The notes beneath the pieces are model-generated. The model was not told where the DNA came from and ran no database searches. It saw only the letters and a list, made by a program, of their open reading frames with translations. The translations under genes and the position numbers were made by a program. A DNA stretch of 64,000 nucleotides. It comes from a virus. Its lineage: Duplodnaviria > Caudoviricetes. Each line of letters starts with the position of its first letter. Within the stretch, counting starts at the first letter, position 1. The stretch covers positions 1 to 64,000 of the IMG/VR virus record IMGVR_UViG_3300029305_002366; one strand, 5' to 3'. Shown piece by piece: positions 57,281-64,000 of the stretch.

Positions 57281-57777
57281 ATCATCACCCCCATTAAAAC
57301 ATACAAGAATAATCGCACTACATAATTATATTGAGCCGCTATAAGAATATGTGGCATCCATCTTCTCATAAATACCAAACGTTTCCTGACCCATCGTCTG
57401 TAACGTTTGTATCTTTTGAACCGCCCTTCAAAGTTTCCATTAAGGGCAAATGATTTTAACATACTGCCAGTATCTTCCGTATTATATAACTCATCTGTCA
57501 TTCTCATATAATATGCTTCTCTGAGAAACAACATTAATATTAATTTATCTCTATTAACAAAATAGTTTGTAAATAGAAATATTTCTTTTATACGAAACTT
57601 AAAACAAATCGAAGGTGTTTTGCTCCATGCTTTTTGTAAAGCCTTGCAATGATGCTTATGGGTTTCAAGGTCATGTTTGTGTTCTGCGAACCTTTTGGCA
57701 ATCGAAACTGATTCCCCTATATACCTTTTGCCATTAATTCGATTTATTATTTGATAAACACCAACTATTTCAAACAC
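57202..57777 (-). CDS. GIY-YIG nuclease with hydrophobic C-terminus
   Basis: GVY...YIG, RFAEH, REAYY, LYN. Confidence 0.8.
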   Translation of the reverse strand: MFEIVGVYQIINRINGKRYIGESVSIAKRFAEHKHDLETHKHHCKALQKAWSKTPSICFKFRIKEIFLFTNYFVNRDKLILMLFLREAYYMRMTDELYNTEDTGSMLKSFALNGNFEGRFKRYKRYRRWVRKRLVFMRRWMPHILIAAQYNYVVRLFLYVLMGVMIWAICYYFLPTSVWEWVASNFINTSS

Positions 57778-58687
57778 CTCTTTTCATAGATGCGTCATAA
57801 CTGAAAACACCAAAGTATTTTTGCTCCGCTTCTTTTCTTGCAGATATAGCTTCATCAAGTGAAGCAAAACTTCCCAAGTGTATTCCCTTGTTTCTTATTC
57901 TTATTTGAGCCACCCACCTGTTTGACCCATTCGGTTTATACACACCTACAACACCTGATGTGTTATTACTCTGCAATTTTCTGTTCATGTTGTTTTGTCT
58001 TACAGTTGCAATTCTCAGATTACTTTTACGGTTATCAGTTATATCATGATTGATATGGTCAACTACCATATCGTCAGGACAATTCATTATTAATCTGTGC
58101 AATAAAATTGGATTACCATTATCTTGACTTTTTAAATATCCATCTCCGTCCTTTCTCCAACAATAATCTTTTACTTTCCAAAAATCATCTAAATCCACAT
58201 CAAATGGCTCGTTTTTCAGTGTATACATAGTTACATAATTTCCACAAAATTCATAACGATTATACCTTCTACGATGTTCCGCTGAAAGACATCCACACGA
58301 TTTAGAATTTCCACTTTTAAGACTTCTTTCCAATACTTCAACTTCGTTACCACAATCACAAATACATTTCCACTTAGAGTAATGGTGTCCCTTACTATTA
58401 ATATAATCCTCTGCCCTCGACAAAACCCTAAGTTTACCAAATTTCTCACCTTCCAAATTGCTAAACTTTCTACGAGATTTGCTTAGGTCTGCTGAAAGGC
58501 ATCCGCATGATTTGGTCTTGCCAGATTTTAAATCTTTAACCTGAGTGGTTTTTTCACCACCGCACTCGCACAAGCACTTACATCTTTTTCTATGCGTACC
58601 ATTAGGTTCTACGTAATCTTCTGCGTATTCAATAACTGTAAGCCTTCCAAATGTCATGCCTATTAAATCTTCTCTTGCTTTAACCAT
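57770..58687 (-). CDS. HNH-AP2 endonuclease
   Basis: Two CxCxCG/SCGC repeats, VVDHINHDITDNRKSNLR, NNTSGVVGV. Confidence 0.88.
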   Translation of the reverse strand: MVKAREDLIGMTFGRLTVIEYAEDYVEPNGTHRKRCKCLCECGGEKTTQVKDLKSGKTKSCGCLSADLSKSRRKFSNLEGEKFGKLRVLSRAEDYINSKGHHYSKWKCICDCGNEVEVLERSLKSGNSKSCGCLSAEHRRRYNRYEFCGNYVTMYTLKNEPFDVDLDDFWKVKDYCWRKDGDGYLKSQDNGNPILLHRLIMNCPDDMVVDHINHDITDNRKSNLRIATVRQNNMNRKLQSNNTSGVVGVYKPNGSNRWVAQIRIRNKGIHLGSFASLDEAISARKEAEQKYFGVFSYDASMKRGV

Positions 58688-58690
58688 TTA

Positions 58691-58813
58691 TTATCTCCTA
58701 TGACATTCATTGCACATCCATCCATATTCATCTTTGTGGCAGAAACAATTTTTCTTGGAACACCACTTGTAATCCGCACTATCACAAACTATTGAATACT
58801 TATCAAATATCAT
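58691..58813 (-). CDS. 40-aa Cys-rich protein (not in ORF track)
   Basis: MIFDKYSIVCDSADYKWCSKKNCFCHKDEYGWMCNECHRR; fills the gap between neighbours. Confidence 0.5.
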   Translation of the reverse strand: MIFDKYSIVCDSADYKWCSKKNCFCHKDEYGWMCNECHRR

Positions 58814-59135
58814 TTCTTATTTCCTTCTTTCTTGTTTTTCTTACAATTACTCCATGTTTCTTTCGTGCCAATCTATATATACCCCATGTAAATGCTTCAA
58901 CTCTGTATTCAAACGTCCAGAGCATATAACACAAGCATATAATATTAATTATTGGTATCAAGCCAATTATTAATATTGACACAAGTCTATCAAATTGATA
59001 ATCACTATCAAACTTTGCAACACCCTTGCCATATAAAATATCTATTGCGATTATATCTACAATGTGATAAACTACAACAAGCATTATTGCGACAAATATA
59101 TCAAGTAATAAATCAAATAGAATAATTCTTATCAA
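58803..59135 (-). CDS. membrane protein
   Basis: Two hydrophobic helices, IPIIN motif. Confidence 0.65.
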   Translation of the reverse strand: MIRIILFDLLLDIFVAIMLVVVYHIVDIIAIDILYGKGVAKFDSDYQFDRLVSILIIGLIPIINIICLCYMLWTFEYRVEAFTWGIYRLARKKHGVIVRKTRKKEIRNDI

Positions 59136-59323
59136 ACCTTTACCTCACCACTTTCAAGCATTGCAAGAAATTCTAATGCGGCAGTCTCAGGAATATTTTC
59201 AAGGTCATTAACTCCATACCAATCCATAAGTATTGTTAAAGTCTCATGCCTATCGGTCTTACTAAATGAAGCTATCTTTTTAGTAGTTGCTGAACACATT
59301 ATTATCACTTCCTTTCCAACCAA
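59132..59323 (-). CDS. hypothetical protein
   Basis: ORF coupled to neighbours. Confidence 0.55.
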   Translation of the reverse strand: MVGKEVIIMCSATTKKIASFSKTDRHETLTILMDWYGVNDLENIPETAALEFLAMLESGEVKV

Positions 59324-59958
59324 CTCTTAGCCATATCTTCTGTAATCTTGGTAAGGTCTTTGTTTTCTATATGGTAGTAGTCAAGTATCTCATTGAAAGC
59401 TGACCCGTGCTTATCACCTTTATTAAGAACCTTCCTTAAAGTTTCAAATGTCAACTGCAATAACCCCCTGTCATATAACTTACATAATTCCTGTGTTAGT
59501 TTTAGTCCATCAGGTGTTTCATAAACTGTGCGATATTTTGAACAACTCTTTCTATCTGGAACTGAATAACATTTATGTCTCCATTTAAGAGAACCATCTT
59601 CGTTGATAAAAGTATTATTATAAAAATCTGAGCCTAACACACAATACATTACATCTGTGTTTCCGTCAACATTAAGTCCAACACAAGCTAATTCTCCGCA
59701 AGGTATAATTTGCTCTTTGACCTCATCCCAATGATTATACAGCCACGGCACTTTCTTTTCATCTGGTTCAAAGTCAGCACAGGTGGTTATATCAAAACAT
59801 CCACAATCGTAGGATTTGAAAATCTTTTTGGCAAATCTTAAATGCTTATGGTCTAATCTCTTACAGGTAGATTCAACACCGTCCATATCAGCATTAACTT
59901 TAAACCATTTACAATGACCACATTCAATTCTGCACCATTCTTCACAGTTAGTATTCAT
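59305..59958 (-). CDS. Cys-rich hypothetical protein
   Basis: GAGGT RBS; CGHCKWF...C...C. Confidence 0.65.
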   Translation of the reverse strand: MNTNCEEWCRIECGHCKWFKVNADMDGVESTCKRLDHKHLRFAKKIFKSYDCGCFDITTCADFEPDEKKVPWLYNHWDEVKEQIIPCGELACVGLNVDGNTDVMYCVLGSDFYNNTFINEDGSLKWRHKCYSVPDRKSCSKYRTVYETPDGLKLTQELCKLYDRGLLQLTFETLRKVLNKGDKHGSAFNEILDYYHIENKDLTKITEDMAKSWLERK

Positions 59959-59964
59959 ATTACG

Positions 59965-60168
59965 TTACCTCGCAAAGAATTTGGCTAAACTCATACCTGC
60001 CAACATCAGTGACCAAATAGCCATAGTCATAATAAAATCAAACTTGCCCTTACTATTGGTATGTCTACTAATGATAGTAGAACCTATTACAGATAACGTA
60101 ACCGCTGATAATAAATTAATCATTTTCAAATCTCTCCTTTTCATTTTTATAAATCTCATAAGCATCAC
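59965..60168 (-). CDS. small membrane protein
   Basis: Two hydrophobic segments; real start probably at MINLL. Confidence 0.5.
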   Translation of the reverse strand: MMLMRFIKMKRRDLKMINLLSAVTLSVIGSTIISRHTNSKGKFDFIMTMAIWSLMLAGMSLAKFFAR

Positions 60169-60373
60169 GATAATTCATGCAGGTAAATACTTGTTTATCA
60201 TTTATCCAAATATGATATATGGGTGAAGTCCAATTGTAGCATGGAACTCCATTACCTATTTTCTTCTTTGTCATATATAGTCCTGTTATATCTGATTCAT
60301 GTTCAAGTCTCCATACTTCTATACCGTCTTGCTGACAGCGTTCAGCCCACTCATTTAATTCGTTCATACTCAT
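60116..60373 (-). CDS. hypothetical protein
   Basis: Translationally coupled ORF. Confidence 0.55.
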   Translation of the reverse strand: MSMNELNEWAERCQQDGIEVWRLEHESDITGLYMTKKKIGNGVPCYNWTSPIYHIWINDKQVFTCMNYRDAYEIYKNEKERFEND

Positions 60374-60831
60374 TCTTCACGCTCTCTTTCGATTTCTCTC
60401 ATTATTGTATCAACTTTAGTAATAGTTTCTGAAATTCCTCTGGAAGAACTAATTGTATATCTTACAAACTCAGGCACATCAATTTCTGATGTATAACACC
60501 ATTCAAGAAGGTCATGTTTCTCTTTATCGGTATACTTTCCTGATTCATTGCATATGTCTGTTACAATTTCGGTAAGCATAGTATATACAGCATAAACATC
60601 TTCAACGTAGTTTATGTTATAACACCAATCCTTAAATATCATATCAAATGCTCGGTTTGCTATTCTTACTTCAAGTGGAAACGAACAAGTCTTAATCCTT
60701 TTTGCAAGAGGATTTAATAAATTCAAATCATCCTTTATCGCATGAATCTCAGTCCAGTAATTTGTTGCTCCTTTAAATTCCCATGCTCTCTGTTTAATAT
60801 CATTTATATCCATATTATCTCTCCTTATCAT
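60370..60831 (-). CDS. hypothetical protein
   Basis: Translationally coupled ORF. Confidence 0.6.
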   Translation of the reverse strand: MIRRDNMDINDIKQRAWEFKGATNYWTEIHAIKDDLNLLNPLAKRIKTCSFPLEVRIANRAFDMIFKDWCYNINYVEDVYAVYTMLTEIVTDICNESGKYTDKEKHDLLEWCYTSEIDVPEFVRYTISSSRGISETITKVDTIMREIEREREE

Positions 60832-61100
60832 TCTTCCTCATCTTCTTGTGCAAAGAAATCATATAAATCCCAATGGTCAAATTCAAAAGCAAGTTCTGGT
60901 ATTTGTTGTAATCTATCGTCAGTAAGTTCATCTAATTTCCATTTATGGGGATAACCTAATAAGCATGGTTCATGCATATAGATATTCTTTTTAAACTTAC
61001 AATGACTGCAATTATGTTTACTACAATCATCTTGAATCATTTTTAATAATCGTAGTAATACCACTGATAGTTTCATTTGTTTCTCTCCTCGTTTAACCAA
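60828..61100 (-). CDS. Cys-rich hypothetical protein
   Basis: CSKHNCSHCKF...CLL. Confidence 0.55.
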   Translation of the reverse strand: MVKRGEKQMKLSVVLLRLLKMIQDDCSKHNCSHCKFKKNIYMHEPCLLGYPHKWKLDELTDDRLQQIPELAFEFDHWDLYDFFAQEDEEE

Positions 61101-61282
61101 TCACACATACAATGATAGCAAGTATCAGTCATATCAGGGTCATTAATCTGTGAATACTTATCACATCTTGCAGACGAATAATGTTTTCCGAATAAATATA
61201 ATGGACAACCGTCTGTATGCTTTAATAGAATAAGTAGCTTATCTATCAATGCCATATTATTAAGCCACTGTCTGTTTGTCAT
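61073..61282 (-). CDS. hypothetical protein (MTN...C...WL family)
   Basis: MTNRQWL...CP...C...CYHCMCDWL. Confidence 0.6.
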   Translation of the reverse strand: MTNRQWLNNMALIDKLLILLKHTDGCPLYLFGKHYSSARCDKYSQINDPDMTDTCYHCMCDWLNEERNK

Positions 61283-61511
61283 TGCTCTTTTCCTCTTGTA
61301 GAATATATCTTGTGTAAGTTACCTTTTCGCCCCATCTGTTTACGTTCGTTTCATTAGTTGAAATAATATCAACACCTTTCTTCCTGAGAAGAAATACTGT
61401 AGCGGCTAATCTTGTATCTCCAAGTTCCGAAATAGCATCCATTGAAGTAATACTACCAAACTCATGCAGGTATCTCATTAATCTTGTTTCTTTATTACTC
61501 ATATAATTCAT
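61260..61511 (-). CDS. winged helix-turn-helix protein
   Basis: YLHEFGSITSMDAISELGDTRLAATVFLLRKKG. Confidence 0.75.
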   Translation of the reverse strand: MNYMSNKETRLMRYLHEFGSITSMDAISELGDTRLAATVFLLRKKGVDIISTNETNVNRWGEKVTYTRYILQEEKSNDKQTVA

Positions 61512-61804
61512 TCCTCACAATCAGGATGCCACAGCTTACGCTCATCCTTTATCCACTGATATATTTCGTCAAGGTGTTCTCTTGCCAAATCTACAATCTG
61601 TTTTGATGAAGCGTATGAACGCATATCTTCTTTTCTGGCACACGTAATCAGTTCATATATAATATGTCTGTTAAACTCAGTCCAGTCTTTCAGATGTTCA
61701 TATCGTTCATTATCTACATTTGTTTCTGCAATAGGACGAAAACATCCTAATACTTTATAACATAACTCTTGTACACTGAATAATTTCATATTAACTCCTT
61801 TCAA
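61508..61804 (-). CDS. hypothetical protein
   Basis: ORF with AAGGAG RBS before MKLF. Confidence 0.6.
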   Translation of the reverse strand: MKGVNMKLFSVQELCYKVLGCFRPIAETNVDNERYEHLKDWTEFNRHIIYELITCARKEDMRSYASSKQIVDLAREHLDEIYQWIKDERKLWHPDCEE

Positions 61805-62001
61805 TATTTTCCATCGTCAATCAACCAAAACGATATTGTTGTCATATCATGACAAGTGTCGTTACATGGACAATCACACGGTATAGTTTCATAGAAATCA
61901 TTTAGGCATCTATCAACCATATTGCAGTTATGACATTTATAGCAAATATCCCTACAACAATATTGCATGACTTCAATTAACAAATCCCCTTTGGTCATCA
62001 T
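61801..62001 (-). CDS. Cys-rich hypothetical protein
   Basis: 66 aa with about 10 Cys. Confidence 0.5.
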   Translation of the reverse strand: MMTKGDLLIEVMQYCCRDICYKCHNCNMVDRCLNDFYETIPCDCPCNDTCHDMTTISFWLIDDGKY

Positions 62002-62064
62002 TCTTCTTCATCATCCTCGTCGCTATCTTCCTGACCGCACAAAGCATTAAATCTATTATTCATT

Positions 62065-62442
62065 TCATTCTCCTATTAACTTCATTGCTTCTTCTTTAAA
62101 CTTCCATGTACATCTCTTATGTTTACCATTTCCAAGAGGACAAGAGTTACACGCATCATAAGGATTAGCATACTTCATAGCGTAGTCGCATACAATACAT
62201 CTCTGTTCAAAACCTACTACTGTGTCAAGCAGTTTATCAAAACTTTCAACTGCAATCTTCAATAATCTCTTGGCTTCTGTAAGTTCTTCTTCGTAATGAG
62301 CAATCTGTCTACATTCATTCCAATGCTTATCCTGTAAATCAGAAATAGTTCTATCTGAATCAGAGATAGCTTCTTTTAACTGCTTGATATAAGCTGACAA
62401 CTCAGGTTCTTCGTACCATTTGTTTTCAATCCATATTCCCAT
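62065..62442 (-). CDS. coiled-coil/Cys protein
   Basis: AAGGAG RBS. Confidence 0.6.
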   Translation of the reverse strand: MGIWIENKWYEEPELSAYIKQLKEAISDSDRTISDLQDKHWNECRQIAHYEEELTEAKRLLKIAVESFDKLLDTVVGFEQRCIVCDYAMKYANPYDACNSCPLGNGKHKRCTWKFKEEAMKLIGE

Positions 62443-62465
62443 AATATATTTTTCTCCTTTTATTT

Positions 62466-63185
62466 TTAATTTGTTTGACTGTTATCATAACTAAACTCTC
62501 CAAAGTATTTATTTTCTGCTTCTTTTCGAGCCTTGACCGCATCATCAAAATTAGTGAAATGTCCAAGAAAAATTGTTTTAGAATTTACACCTATCTGTAC
62601 CTCCCACTTTTTTCTACCTTTATTCCAGTATACCCCAGTAACTCCCGATGTATTATTGTCCTGTAACCCTCTATTCATGCTATTCTGACTTCTTGTAGCT
62701 ATCCTAAGATTTGATTTACGATTGTCCGATTTATCATGATTAATGTGGTCTACGTCCATACTATCAGGACAGTTCATAATAAATCTATGCAGTCCAACGT
62801 CTTTGCCATTTGTCCATCCTATTACATATCCATTGAGGTCTATGTGCCAACATATATCTTTAACCTTATCAAAGTCCTCTAAATCAATATAGAATGATTT
62901 ACCATTTAAATCATGCATGATAACACAATCTTCTTGAACTTCGTAGTCATTATATTTTTTATTTTGCCGAATAATCTTTTCTGAGTTAAAACATCCACAA
63001 GAATAAGTAGACCCGTTTTTTAAATTATTTTCCATTACTGTAACATATTTATCATCACAACAAGTACACTTACACAAATATTTAGCACGATGCTTACCTT
63101 TAGGACTTACATAATCCTCAACCTATTCAATAACAGTCAGCCTACCAAACTGCTTGCCAACTAAACTTTCTTTTACTTTGACCAT
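62466..63185 (-). pseudogene. HNH-AP2 endonuclease interrupted by an in-frame TAG
   Basis: AGGAGG RBS, ATG 63185, MVKVKESLVGKQFGRLTVIE*VEDY...; TAG at 63123-63125; rest intact. Confidence 0.8.
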
Positions 63186-63230
63186 ATCATTACCTCCTAT
63201 TCCTTTAATGTTTATGAGATTTGCAGTAGT

Positions 63231-63377
63231 TCAACACCAATTTGTATAGTAATCGTACCATGACCCGCATCCCTGATAGGTGTCATAGCAGTCATAATCG
63301 TTCTGTTGGTCATCTGTGTAATCACTCTCTGTGTTAGAGTTTAATACAGTCTGTAAGTAGTCAATCCAGTCTTTCAA
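63231..63377 (-). CDS. 48-aa acidic Tyr/Trp-rich protein (not in ORF track)
   Basis: AAGGTGGTGA RBS, TTG start; MKDWIDYLQTVLNSNTESDYTDDQQNDYDCYDTYQGCGSWYDYYTNWC. Confidence 0.55.
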   Translation of the reverse strand: MKDWIDYLQTVLNSNTESDYTDDQQNDYDCYDTYQGCGSWYDYYTNWC

Positions 63378-63449
63378 TAAGTTCACCACCTTTCTATTAT
63401 ACAATTTACTCTATGAGGGTTAAAATATAAATCGTTTACCTCTATATAT

Positions 63450-63478
63450 ATTATACTATAAAATTCGCTCTTTGTCAA
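63450..63478 (-). promoter_or_regulatory. sigma-A/sigma70 promoter
   Basis: TTGACA-N17-TATAAT on the - strand. Confidence 0.85.
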
Positions 63479-63505
63479 GAGGGAAATGAAATTTTATATT
63501 TTTAA

Positions 63506-63883
63506 CTATTCTAAGTCATCAAAATCTATTCCCTTATAATAAACTCTATTGCAATTCAAATTATAATCACGTTGTTTTAACATATCCCCTTCTGAACGAA
63601 CAATTATTTTCTTACCCTTATCTATTTTCTTATTTTCATTAAATTCATCCCAATTAATATAAGGGAAATCCCCAATCATTAATCCTACATTCTTACAAGA
63701 TATATTACCATCTTTGTCATAAAGGTTAATATCTTCACAGTTATTATTCTCGTTATAAAGGGTTACGTATACAGTGAGATTCTTTATAGTACAATTATTG
63801 TTTTTCAAAAACCTCCATACTCCCTTACAAATATTAATAAATTCTCTGAATGTCTTAAACTCGTCATACACTTTTATTTTCAT
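63506..63883 (-). CDS. hypothetical protein
   Basis: AAGGAG RBS. Confidence 0.6.
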   Translation of the reverse strand: MKIKVYDEFKTFREFINICKGVWRFLKNNNCTIKNLTVYVTLYNENNNCEDINLYDKDGNISCKNVGLMIGDFPYINWDEFNENKKIDKGKKIIVRSEGDMLKQRDYNLNCNRVYYKGIDFDDLE

Positions 63884-64000
63884 AATAGTTCTCCTTTAGG
63901 TTAATATTTAATGCTTTATTTTCTTTTATACACTTGTCAGCGATTATTGGTGCTATGTCCTCATTACAATAATAACCTGAGTAAAATTGAGGATTAATTG

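Noticed and set aside
61998-62063. 21-aa acidic mini-ORF MNNRFNALCGQEDSDEDDEEE
   Set aside because: Too short to support; may be a deletion remnant
1-64000. TAG-to-Gln recoded genetic code
   Set aside because: Very long ORFs (1972, 878, 616 aa) are open in the standard code, several genes end in TAG, and no suppressor tRNA is seen; only one gene has an internal TAG
1-64000. CRISPR array, diversity-generating retroelement or retron
   Set aside because: No regularly spaced repeats, no reverse transcriptase ORF and no template/variable repeat pair seen by eye

Overview
The whole window is phage DNA: an AT-rich, large temperate siphovirus of an anaerobic Firmicutes host (probably Clostridia; inferred) with a Bacillus phage SPbeta-like layout. 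The + strand (1-11.7 kb) carries a nucleotide-metabolism cluster (thyX, gmk, NrdH-NrdD-NrdG plus a minimal ferredoxin:thioredoxin reductase, 5'-nucleotidase, dUTPase, adenine methyltransferase) interspersed with HNH endonucleases. It converges on a large serine recombinase. The - strand carries, in transcription order from the right end: small early genes, a YonO-type single-subunit RNA polymerase, ClpP, a beta-CASP nuclease, a phosphoesterase, HU, two tRNAs embedded in highly structured non-coding DNA, then terminase, portal, capsid, tail, fibre and lysis genes. The main leads are: (1) a 46-bp attP-like inverted repeat inside the 3' end of the integrase gene, abutting an unannotated 36-aa candidate directionality factor; (2) a pseudoknotted ncRNA candidate and other structured RNAs around the tRNAs; (3) a sigma-A-driven structured RNA antisense to the late-operon leader just downstream of the RNA polymerase; (4) a complete redoxin/ferredoxin-fed class III ribonucleotide reductase module; (5) an HNH endonuclease ending in a dUTPase motif-V tail. 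All family calls come from motif recognition by eye; no database searches were run.
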